From assembly GCA_964016885.1 (NCBI GenBank), contig OZ024743.1:126108001-126172000 (forward strand): a stretch of DNA of 64,000 nucleotides, read 5' to 3'. Origin of the DNA: Eledone cirrhosa. Taxonomy: Eukaryota. The notes beneath the pieces were generated by a model. That model did not search any database. It was not told where the DNA came from and was given only the letters and a program-made list of their open reading frames with translations. The translations under genes were made by a program, and so were the position numbers. Below, piece by piece: positions 15,216 through 26,823 of this stretch; position 1 is the first letter of the stretch, and each line of letters begins with the position of its first letter.

Positions 15216-15554
15216 CATCTGTTGTTATCTCCTCTGTTATCATCTCCTTTGCCATCATCTCTTCTGTTATCAGCTCTGCCGTGCCTGTTATTATCTCTGT
15301 TATTATCATCTCTGTTGTTAACCACTGCTGCTGTCTTCTCTATTGTTATTTTGTTACTATTTACCTTTTCTACATACAAAGCTTTTTTCTGGTGGGATCA
15401 GTGTCCTGTGATTGCCTTACTTATACTGCTGCAAATATGATAAATCTATTTGGGGTAGCCCATCTTCCTCCCATATATTTATCATTCAACAAACTCTCAT
15501 AACACACTTCTTTCCAACTTGTTGAGCAAGTTAAAACACCAAGAGCCTGGAATG

Positions 15555-15910
15555 CGTTGGTATTTCTCTGATGAGAAAAATTTCAATCAGGATCAAAAGG
15601 TTAACCAAAGAATGACAGATGGTTATGCAGAGACCCTGAAGACGTACAAACAGTCATGTGCATAAAGTTTCTGACAACTGATGGTTCTGAGGGTTGTGCA
15701 CAATAAGGGAGATGTCAAGTCTCCTCACATCTTTCCTCAAGACTTAGGGGTAAGTGGATAGAGAGCCAGAGCAAAGGAAGAGTATACACCTACCAACAAG
15801 ACTCTGTGCCATCTTAAAAGGCCAAGACAACCCAAGAATGGATGAGTTACACTCTTCATGATCACATCACCATAAAGATATAGCCTCCTGGCTTTCCAGA
15901 CCTGAATCTA
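15555..15910 (+). mobile_element. Decayed maT/DD37D-like transposase fragment
   Basis: FSDEKNFNQDQK..NDRWL, YQQDS, PPGFPDLN; same type as 63330-64000. Confidence 0.75.
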
Positions 15911-16351
15911 CCTCAAATCACATCCTTAAAAAAAGAAAGGCACATTGAATACTGTAGTCATAGGTAGACTGAAAAAGATAAGGATAGGACAGTCTGCCAT
16001 GACTATCCTTTGTTCATAGGTCTGCTTGATCGGGATTGATCTGGGGCTGAACAACAGTAACTCATCTTTCTACTAATTCACATCTGTTGTCTCCACTTGT
16101 AAGATTTTCTATTCTAGTAGTTTATTTTCTATCTTATAGAACTTTTGTTTGTCATTTGTTTCCCTAATTCTGCTGATGGTTTTCTGATTTTGAAGTCAAT
16201 GTCTCATTAGATTTTATTTTCTTCATTCTGAAAGCAATACAGAATTTTTCTGAAGCTGAAAAGTTAGAAATTGAAGAAACAAATTAACTGGTTATACTAA
16301 TGTTCAGCAGTACATATACTAGAATTGAACAATTTTTATTTTGTCATCATC

Positions 16352-17348
16352 CAGCGCTGTGTGGAACTCATCTGCAATGTCAGTTTCAACAGCACCAGCT
16401 GGCAACAGGTGAACCTTTTTGAGAGGTTCAGTGGCTTCAGCCTCCAATCCACATCAGATCTGGCACTGCTGGCCTACCTCTCCTCAATCTCCTTCAGTTC
16501 ACCCTCATCAGCAAAGTCCTTCAGCAAGACAGTAGAACCTGACATGACCCAAGAACTGGAGCAGGCTCTGGCCAACTGGACCAGTGAAGGCCTCTCCATC
16601 CTCCAGTATACAATGTCCAATGTATGTCTACCTTCAAGCAGATCGAGTCCAGCTTGGACCAACACTGCCTTGCCTGCCTCCGTTCCGTCTGGCAGCCAAA
16701 CAGCAGCAAGTGGCTCATTTCAGTGCCCTCTCATCAGAGTAGCCCAAGTGAGCCACATAAATGCCATTGTGGAGCTGTCGCAATGGGTTCGGCTCGCACT
16801 CATTATCATGCCGCTAGAGCGCGGGCTAGTTCCCTCGATGCAGTTGGCTTCTCATCACAACTGGAGCCAGGCCTCGATCGTAGTGACAGCAAATGCCCTG
16901 GTGGAATTGCTCTCTTTCCTTTCGAAGTAAGTAAATCCCTTATCTGGGACACACATTCTCTGCCCCCCAACTTAGTCACCTTGGTCACAAACCCCAGTAT
17001 CATGGCTCACAATGTAGAGTACAGGAAGACAAGCAAATACCGGAGCTTGTCTGGCCGCTTTCTTGGGCCCTGGACAGCTGATCTCCTCCGTAAAATCAGA
17101 TCAGTAGCAGCCCATCTAAGGAAGGAGCGCTGCAAGGTGGGGTCGCTGTTTCAGCATGTGTTGCTGGTCATTGTCCATGGGGCGCAGCCAAAACACTGCG
17201 TTGACCTAGGTGTAGAGTCTGTCACCCTCATCTCTTTCCCCTTTATTTCTTCCTTTGTTCTTGTAGTCCTTTATCATCCTCTCATTTATGGCATTTATAG
17301 TCCTTTCCAATACTGCTTTCTTTTTCTGTATGTTTAACCAAATAAAAA
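16352..17348 (+). mobile_element. CRE-like non-LTR retrotransposon 3' remnant (restriction-like endonuclease)
   Basis: SDLALLAYLSS, HKCHCG knuckle, LEPGLDRSDSKCPGGI...KSLIWD (degenerate RPDG/WD motifs), ends in aataaaaa. Confidence 0.72.
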
Positions 17349-17992
17349 TCGTTCAATTATAGTATATGTACTGCCAAAGCAACATTAGTGTGACAAACTG
17401 TATATATACTCATGCTAAATTAGGTAATAAAATATATAGGCAATCTAATTTGCATACAATTCTATAAGTAGCTTCTCAAAAAATGATTATATAATATTAT
17501 TTCTCTAATTAAGTGGTTGTTTAGAGTCAGCTATATTGCTGGTTACTTGCTTTCTTGTTGAGAGTGACTGCTAACAGAAAAAATATATATATATTTCCCT
17601 ATTGTGAGCATTGATAAAAAGATACTGGTCCAAACATAGCCTCAGTATCAGAATCAAGTAGAAAGTTTACCACACATAAGAGGTTTAAAATTTCTTTTTA
17701 CAAGTTTTATTTAAAATACATTTATAATATAATGACAAAAGGAAAAAAAAAATCAATGAAAAAAAGAAAGATTGGGCGAGCAGACAGTATATCTCAACTG
17801 TATCCCACAGACATGACAACAAAAGAATAGCTTGACAGATGACAAAAGAATAGCTTGACAGTTTGACAGAGGGGAACTGTAAATCTGGGAACAGGAGACA
17901 TCAGAAGTCTCAATTTCTTCTTAAGATGTGGGCACCCTACTGAAATATACTTGTGTTAAAATAACTACATATTTGTTCCTATTCTTTTCTAG

Positions 17993-18087
17993 GTTAGACC
18001 CAAAGAAATGAAAGCAACACAAAATTTTTCTGAAGCTGAAAAGTTAGAAATTGAAGAAAATGACCACATTATTGTGGTAGAAGGACG
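17993..18087 (+). CDS. TNK2: ACK exon F: SH3 N-terminal half
   Basis: ttctag/gtaaga; 95 nt, phase 0-2; VRPKEMKATQNFSEAEKLEIEENDHIIVVEG(R). Confidence 0.9.
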
Positions 18088-18129
18088 GTAAGAATCACTA
18101 ATTAAGTTTATATTTTGAAGCAGAACCCT

Positions 18130-19766
18130 TGTGTCATTTGTCCCAAAAGTAAAAGTACTGATGTTTTATTTAAATATATATTACATGTACTTGAAATTAC
18201 AAGCTATCTCCTCCCAAATACAACCCTTGGAAAGTCACACATGAGTTCCAACATATTTTTAATTGATCGTAGCAGTACCAGAAATCATTTTCTGTGTTGT
18301 TCTTATCTCGTCAATCACAATTTTTTGTATGTTTTCCATAGTTCCAAAATGATGACGCTTCAACTTCAATTTCAACTTAGGGAAGATGTAGAGACCACAC
18401 AGAGCTAGATCTGGGTTGTAGGGAGGATGTGGAAAAGTGGAAATGTTTTCTTCACCAGAAATTCTCTAATTAAAAGTGCTGTGTGAACAGGGACGTTATC
18501 GTGGTGCAGTACCCAATCCCCTGCAGTGTCCTTTCAGACTCACTTGACCTGATTTTGAAGTCATTTCAAGATATCTTTGTAGAAGGTGTGATTAACTGTC
18601 TGTCCTGGTGGTAAAAATTCTTTGTGAACGATACCATGGCTGTCAAAAAAACATGATAATCATTGTTTTTACCTTGGATCTGCTCATGTGTGCTTTTTTT
18701 GGATGAGGAGAATTTTTCATGTGTCACTCCTCACTTTGCCATTTTGTCTCTGGATCATACTTGAACACCCATAGATCATCTGTTATTCTTTATCCAAGAA
18801 ATTTGGCTCAATTTCAAGACTTTCTAGCAAATCCTGACAAATTTCCAACCGGTTCACTTATTGTTCCACAGACAAGTGTTTGAGCACTAGTTTTGCAAAA
18901 GATTTTCACAAGTGTAAATGGTCTGTTAAAATTCTGTGAACTACAATTTTTATCCAAGCCTGTTTCTTCTGCAATTATTCAATAATTGGTGATCTTTTGC
19001 CATAACCTCTCGGACCACTTCCACATTTTGTTCATTTGTTGACAAGATTGATTCATAATCAACATTTTCTTGGCTCTCTTTGAAAGCTTTGTGCCACTTA
19101 AAAACCTTACTTCTTGATAGAGTGGCATATCCATAAGCTTGTGTTAAAGAATTAAATGTTTTGGTGACAGATTTGTTGAGATTCACACACAATTTGATTG
19201 CACCAACCCACCAACCCACACATACATCCAGTGAAGCCTCCAGCCCACACTGTAAAGTGGTTGTGATGGTGACATGGCAAAAAGCACCCAGTCTACGCTG
19301 TAAAGTGTTTGTGTGCGGCAAAAGCACCCAGCCCACACTGTAAAGTGGATATGTAGGTGTCATGGCATAAAGCACTCAATCCACACTGTAAATGAAGTTG
19401 GTGCTATGAAGGGCATCCAGCTGTAGAAACCAAGCCAAAATTGGTTCTGTATGACCATGACATGGTCACTTGACCTAGCATTGCTCACAACAGGTTAACT
19501 CATCTAACCCATGCCAGTGTGGAAAAATCTGCGTTAAACTACGATGATGATGATGTTTGATATTTTCCTGCATCACAAATGTAACAGAGATTATAAACAC
19601 ATCTCTACAGATACAGCAATAACTCACAACTGACACAATCAATCATGTTCAAACAAGTATGTACATGCAGCCAAAGTCATAATTAACATGCCTATATAAC
19701 AAGGTGCTGCATTAACATGTCATACATAGGAATATCAGTTCTCTTATTTTTGAGACAAACCTCATA
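18130..19766 (-). mobile_element. Full-length decayed mariner transposon with nested RTE tail (19205-19555)
   Basis: Imperfect TIRs tgtgtcatttgtcccaaaagtaaaagtactgat / tatgaggtttgtctcaaaaataagagaactgat; IKLCVNL..AYG..VFKWHKAFK, YDPETK, SPDLA; about 1.3 kb without the insert. Confidence 0.85.
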
Positions 19767-21124
19767 TCTCCCATTCTTAGAAGAGAATTTCCTCATCATC
19801 AACACGTCCCCTCTTATTTTTCACTGAATAGAACTTTTAATGCTTTGAGCAAAAGCATTATAAATTCAAAGCTACTGCATGGCAACATTTGATGTGTGTA
19901 GTAACATTTGAAAGTTACTGAGCAGCAACATTTTGATGTGTCTGGTAACATTTCAAAGCTACAGACTACAAACATCTTCAGTCTATGGCAAGCTTCAAGC
20001 CTGTCATGAAGTCTCTTTTGAAGTAATGTTTTATGGTTGGGTGTCCTTCCAGGTGCTAACCCTTTTAAGCAACATGCAGGGATATGGTGTACCTATTCTG
20101 AGCCAGATACAGTACACACCATCAAGTGTTATTGTTGATGCCATGATAAAATGCATCTAGTCAACTCTGTAAAATGGTACTGCTGTTGCCATAAAAAATG
20201 CACCCAATATAAAACTGGTTGGCGTTAGAAAAAATATCCAGTTGTAAAATACATGCCAAATATGGAATAAGATAGGTCACTCTGAGCAAGATAGGTCACT
20301 CTGAGCAAGATGGGTCACTCTGACCCATCTAGGCTCAGACTGTGACAACCCATCTGATGCATGTGTACATAAAATGATTATAATGATGACACACAGGACA
20401 TTTCAAAGCTACTGAGTGGCAACATTTTGATGTGCATGGCACCAATGTAGTGACTACACAGTCACACACCTGCACACTTTAAAGAGAGCATTGCTCATTT
20501 ACTTGTATGGGTAAGACTGGTTAGAGCAACTATGTCTGCCTCTTGCAGCTGTAATAAAACTATGGTTAATTTTAAGACTAAAACATTCTGTTAAAGTTAA
20601 AAGCTTTCTTAAGCCTAGAAGTTCATCTGGCTGGAACTTATCCTGGTTTCATTGGCATTAAATGACTGAAAGTACAAGATTGTCCGTTGCAGGGTCAACT
20701 CCCTGCTGCTACTGCTAGTACTAATTCTTTTTCTGCCGAGTAAACTGATGCAATAAAGTGCCTTGCTCAAGGACACAATGCACCACACAGTCCAAGAATC
20801 AAATTTGTTATCGTGAGTAGGCCTCACAGTTTCACTAAAACATTCTGTAGTAAAAATAATATGGCATTTGAGTGTCTCTAGTTGAATGTACATCTTGAAT
20901 TTGATATTCTGATAGGTTACTCTTCTTCAGACTATGTAAAAAAAACAACACATTATTGCTGTTGGGTCATTCACTGTTTTATGTCAAGGTTTTCTCATAA
21001 AACCGAATTCTATATGTTGAAATTTGAGAATAGCAATTAGGAGCAACAGCTTATACTCTCTACTTTATAAATTCTGTAAAAACTACTATTGTTTTGAAAA
21101 TATCTTCAATTTATCTAATTACAG

Positions 21125-21219
21125 ATCAGAGAATTTCTGGTGGAAAGGTCAGAATAAAAGAACTGGTGAATTAGGCATGTTTCCAAGACATTTAGTGAAT
21201 CCTCAGAGAAGACTAGCAG
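21125..21219 (+). CDS. TNK2: ACK exon G: SH3 C-terminal half
   Basis: ttacag/gtaatt; 95 nt, phase 2-1; SENFWWKGQNKRTGELGMFPRHLVNPQRRLA (WW and GxFP SH3 motifs). Confidence 0.92.
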
Positions 21220-21431
21220 GTAATTCAGTTTATTCTGCTTGCTGGATAGTGGGAAGGTGGAGTATAGAAATTGATGTTATTGTAGATGTTAAAGTGATGA
21301 TAATGACGTACCCACCACTACCAGCCAATTCTATGGCACTAAATTGATATTTTAACTGCTGTAATAAATGTTTTTAAAATTTGAACATTTATTTTCGCAA
21401 TTTTCTTGAAAATGTTCTATTGATGTCATTC

Positions 21432-21660
21432 TTACTACTACTACTACTACTTTGACGCTAAATTCTGCCAGTTGCAGACTGGGCATAAACATGAGATATT
21501 TTTCTCCACAAAGTTCTATCCCAATAGCAGAGTTTAAAGAGCAAAGATCAAGTCCAGTCCATAGGTTGTCATTATCAAGCCATCGTTTTGGCTGCCAGCC
21601 TCTCCTTTTCTTACCAGCCAACCTTCCTTCCAGGCATAACATTTTTACTAAGGCTTAAAA
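21432..21660 (-). mobile_element. RTE/BovB-like LINE 3' end fragment
   Basis: EGRLAGKKRRGWQPKRWLDN..WTG; (GTA)n tail. Confidence 0.7.
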
Positions 21661-22223
21661 TCCCAAATAATTTATCATCTGATTAAGCTTATCACCACTG
21701 CCACCACTTTCAGCATCTCACCTAGGAGACTAGACTTATTTTTTTGTTTCTACTCAGACTTTAATGGAAGCTGTTTTATATCCATGGTTTTACAATCTAC
21801 ACCATATGATGGTGCTGACAGTTTAGTCATTTGGTATGGATTATGTCATAGTAACATTATCTGTTGTAAGTTAGGTTCATTGTGATCACAATAGCTGTTG
21901 TTAGTTAGATATGTATAGTAAATATATGCCAATAGTATAATCATCATTGTTTTTATGTCTGCTTCACAATGTAGCTTGAGTTAGACAAAACTTTTTGAGG
22001 CAGCCATTTCTATGGCTAGATGTCATTCTGAACATCAAGCCAATGGTGTATAATTTTTATCTTTGTCAAACCACTGTGAGCTGTATTACTTATGTAGGGC
22101 AGAAACAAAGCTTTGTTATGTAGTTTGTCTATTTACTCTCATCTACTTTTTAGTCACTCACTAATTGATTAAAATATTCTAAAGAAAAACAAATTCTGAA
22201 CTGTATTTTTCCTATCTTTTTAG

Positions 22224-22320
22224 GTGAAGACATCAGCAAACCGTTGAAGAATAGTTTTATCCACACTGGTCATGTTGATGTTAGTGGCAACTTTTGGGGC
22301 AATCCAGTTTCTATCGATGA
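22224..22320 (+). CDS. TNK2: ACK exon H: CRIB (Cdc42-binding) motif
   Basis: ttttag/gtgagt; 97 nt, phase 1-2; EDISKPLKNSFIHTGHVDVSGNFWGNPVSID (ISxPxxxFxHxxH). Confidence 0.93.
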
Positions 22321-22930
22321 GTGAGTCATGTTACTTTTATTATTGCTTTAACCCTTTGAACCCTCACATTTTGTCATATGTAAGATCCCTAATCCTAAGA
22401 GTCCTCACAAAAATCATTAAAAAAGGACAGCCAGTTAACCCCCCCAAGATAAATGTATGAACTTGACAAAATCACATCAATGCCTTACTGAAGAACTCAG
22501 GCTAATGCATTGATGTAAAACAATCACTGCTTTATGTAGGAAATTGCGTAAATAACAATCCACAGAAATGCGTGGCAGAATGGAATACCAGGCTTATGGG
22601 GATATAGTCAGACATTGTCATGATCAGAATACTAGGATAGTGGAATATAGTCAAACATTGTTGGAACTGGAATGCTGGGCAGGTGGGAAATAGTCAAACA
22701 TCATTCAAACTGTAATGTCTGGCTGATGGGTTCAAAAGATTAAGATTTATCTGAGTAGTATTGATCTTTTGTTGTACCCTATATCAACTGCAATGAAATA
22801 TACCTCACCAAAGACAGAGTTTTGTGCAGTATTTATCTATATATTTTGAATTGAGGTTTTGTTGATCCAGTAGATAAGTTACATGCTGGTTTTACACAGC
22901 ATGTTTTTATAAGGAAAGGTGTGACTTATG

Positions 22931-24379
22931 CATCATCATCATCATCATCATCACCGTTTTACGTCCGTTCTTCCACGCTAGCATGGGTTAGACGGGTTGT
23001 CCTGTTGTGGGCAGTGTCTGGTCGGCTGACCATGCCTTGCTCATACAGGAACTGATCTGGCTTGATTTCTACAGCTGGATGCCCTTCCTAACACCAACCT
23101 CATTTACAGTGAGTGCTGGGTGCTTTTTCGTGGCGCCTACACGTCCACTTTACAGTGTGGGCTGGGTGCTTTTTTGCCGTGGCACCTCCACGACCACCTT
23201 GCGGTGGGGGGGGGGGGGCATATTGTTTATATGCTTCAGCATGTACCCATGGGAGGTCGGGTACCCTGTATTACTGCGTGACGCCAGAAGTCACGGTCGT
23301 GTGTCATTGACTTTGAGAGGTGTAGTTGGGTAAGGTCGGCTTTTATCACCTCATCCCAAGTCATCTTGGGTCTCCCCACTCCGCGGTTTCCATCAACTTC
23401 TAGTGCTCTGCACCTTTTTATGCAGCTGTCATCCTTCATACGCATCACATGTCCATACCAGCGTAACCGCCTCTCCTGCACGCAGCATTTGATTCCTCTT
23501 ATGCTCAGTCTCTCTCTCAATTCATTTATGCTTTGTCGTTCACGTATATTACTGTTACACATCCATCGGAGCATGCAGGCTTCGTTTCTCTCTAATCTAC
23601 GTAAGTCTTCCACCTTCAGCGCCCAGGTCTCACTACCATGCAACATCGCTGTTCGGATACACGCATCATACAGTCTGCCTTTCATTCTGAGGGAGAAGCT
23701 TTTTGCAGCTAGCAGTGGTAGTAGTTCCCTAAACTTCTTCCATCCCGTTCTTACCCTAGTTATTGTACTTTCTGAGCACCCACCTCCGTTGCTAATTCGG
23801 TCACCTAGGTAGCAGAAGCTGTCTACTGTTTCTACAGGGCCCTCCCAGAGATTGGTGGTACTTGTTTCCTGTGGCTGTTTGCTTGCTGTTTCAGCACAGC
23901 TGCTGCATGTGAATCCTACATTCTTAATTAAGCTTCCTGAGATCCCGCTACATCTCTTGTGTACCCATTGTTTGCATTTGGGGCAAAGAATGGAGTTCCT
24001 ACCTACACCTTTCCTACATACTGAGCAAGGCCATTTCCCTGAGGGGATCTGGGTTCTGTTTTCTCGTCTACTTATAAGGACCTTAGTCTTTGTCATGTTG
24101 ACTTTGAGGCCCTTTCTCTCTAGTCCCTGCTTCCAGGTTTGGAATTTATTCTCTAGTTCTACCATAGATTCAGCTATGAGTGCGAGGTCATCAGCATACA
24201 GGAGTTCCCATGGGCATCCGGTCTTAAACTCCTCCGTTATTGCCTGCAGGACTATGATGAACAGGAGAGGGCTAAGAACAGAGCCCTGGTGGACCCCAAC
24301 CTGTACGCTAAATTCCTCGCTATACTCATTGCCAATCCTAACTTTGCTGACTGCTCCCCTATACATGGCTTGTACCGCA
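22931..24379 (-). mobile_element. Young 5'-truncated RTE LINE with uninterrupted 376-aa RT C-terminal ORF
   Basis: GVHQGSVLSP, LLYADD, CSVC/CPKC/HKRC; (GAT)n tail; ends about 60 bp before the exon I acceptor. Confidence 0.95.
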
Positions 24380-24441
24380 TGAGTATATATATTAATCTAA
24401 GTTGTTTTTTTTATTGTTGAGTGTTTTATTTGCTATTTTAG

Positions 24442-24530
24442 TGTGTACCTACGTAATCCGATGGAACCTGAAGACATCCATGGTGACCCAAACCAAGTAG
24501 AACCAACAAACTTACCTGATAGAAGTAAAC
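24442..24530 (+). CDS. TNK2: ACK exon I: post-CRIB region
   Basis: ttttag/gtgagt; 89 nt, phase 2-1; (D)VYLRNPMEPEDIHGDPNQVEPTNLPDRSK, similar to the ACK1 YLGNPMDP segment. Confidence 0.88.
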
Positions 24531-26569
24531 GTGAGTTGGTTTTTTCTTTTCTTTGTTTACTGCATATACTCAATTATAAGCTCATTCAAATATAAGCCAA
24601 CCCTCTATTTCATGTCTGAGAAATGGGCAAAACTTCAAATCCTGTGTATCAGCTGAAGCAGCAGATCAACACATTATTTTCAGATGACATGGTTTTGAAA
24701 TTTTTATGAGTGGGGAATATATTTATGAAGTTTGATAATTTGATTTTTAAAATGTGTTTAGTCTCATTGAGAGTGTAGTTTTTGTTTCACAACTCCATTA
24801 TGTAAGGATTTTTTACCGTTTCTTCCATTTTATAAAGTTTCAACAAGTTTCTCAAATTTTTGTTTATATTTTTGTTTACTTTTAGTCACTCATGTCCTGG
24901 GAATACTTTGTTGTTTTTTTTGACAGACAACAATTGCGCGATCTACTGAATGTAACAGATTTTTATTTCATATACTCATATACACATCAAATGAAATGTG
25001 TGACTTAAAAAAACTTGGAAAATATTTAACATTGTACAAGTAGATTTTTACAATGACACTGTCTCGTGGCAGCATTCCCATTCACTTAGTTAACTAAAAA
25101 CAAATAATTTCCAAATGTTTTGGAAACAATAGGAAAAACGAATTTCACCTCTAAAGTGAAACCAGTGTAGCATTCACCTCCAAAGTAAAACCGTGTGAGA
25201 GAGGAGATAAAGAGCAATAAAATACAAGTCAGAAGTAAGATTTCATTATAAAGATTTGTTGGGAATGTTCTCAAGCTTTAGGGATGGATGGGTACATTGG
25301 TTCTCACCTGACTCACTATTGTCTCTGAAAACATTTTCAGCCACAATCTGGAAACTGCTTCTGCTGGCAAGTTAAGCTTAGTGAAGGACTTGATGTTTAG
25401 AGAGAAGAGCACCGCCAAACATTCTAAAGTCCACTGAAATGTCATGATAGACAAACAGTTAAATAACATGTTGAATCAATTGTGGGAGACAAAGAAAATC
25501 TTGGTCCGACAACATCAAAGTCTGAACTGGTCACAACACTGAGACCCTTCTACGCATGATGGAGAATAGTGACCAGTGGTGTTGGCTGACTGAGTAGCAC
25601 CCCAACAACTTGGCTGCACCAATTGTGGGAACGGGATGATATTCTCAAGGGGATGCATAAATAACATTCATGACAATGTAGAAAAGCAGTGTTTCATTGT
25701 AAAATAATCACTCCAGATATTTTACGACCTTCTTTACATAGAATTTGAAGTTGATGAAAATCGGCAAAATATTATTCTCCATTTTACCATCGTTTTTTTT
25801 TTTCCTTTTTTTTTTATTTTTTTTTTTTTTTTTGTCACATATTTCTCGGCTGATACTTTTCAAGGCTCATTGCCTAGTGGCTTGGATTTTGGACTCATGA
25901 TCCTAAGGTTGTGAGTTTGATTTTCAGACTGTGGTGTGTTGTAGCCTTAAGCAAGGCACTTCATTTCATATTGCTACAGTTCACTCAGCTGAAAATGTGT
26001 ACCTGCAGCCTTGCAACAGACTGGTGACCACCCCAGTGAGGGAGTTTCTTGTACTCTTAGTTACATAACACTCCTGGAAACTGAGATAAGCTCTGGCCTT
26101 CCTCTGACCCAGGCTAACATGGAAGAATAGATATAAAAAGAAATGACTTTTCATGAATTTCATAATTTGAATCATTAAATAAATTCTTTCCAGTTTATAC
26201 CACTTTTTCAGATAGCATAGCTGCTATTATACTGTGTATCTCAGTTTTTAAAATAGGTACACCATAACCTTGTATGTCCTAAGAGGTAATTAAACTGATT
26301 AGCATCAAGAAGGCCCTCCAGCTGTGAAATGCAGCTTTTTTTAATTTAGACAACTTGATACTTTAAAATTTTAATTTCTAAAGGTAAGAATCCTCATGAA
26401 TATCATATTAAATTATCATCTAAGTAAATTAGAACTGACTGCAGACAATGCTTTTTTTTCTCTCCAAAATTGCTGACTGAATACAAACATGCTTTTTCTC
26501 AAAAAAAATGTTTCCATCTCTTCCTCTTCTACTCCCTATCTTTTTATTTCATCTTTTATTTCTTATTCT

Positions 26570-26607
26570 ATCTTCTGATGAAGGACTAATGTCCGAAACA
26601 TAAAGAT
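26570..26607 (+). ncRNA. Minimal type I hammerhead motif in last ACK intron
   Basis: atctt CTGATGA a ggac taat gtcc GAAA ca TA aagat. Confidence 0.7.
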
Positions 26608-26823
26608 TCTTTTCCTACTATATCAAGCATTAAACTAATATATTTCTTCATTGTACTGTTTTGTTTGCTTTGTTGTTTCTATTTACTTTGTGCTTATATA
26701 TATATATTACTGATTTTTTTCTCCCTCATATATATTCTTTGTATATTATTTACACTCACATATATTTAGCTATACATGTAGAATTTACTTTTTTCAAGTC
26801 TGTCCATTTTTTTTATTCCACAG

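Noticed and set aside
24750-25850. Possible Tc1-like transposase remnant
   Set aside because: Too degraded; no reliable TIRs or catalytic motifs
26661-26823. N-terminal extension of the 734-aa ORF
   Set aside because: Low-complexity intron sequence upstream of the AG acceptor at 26822-26823
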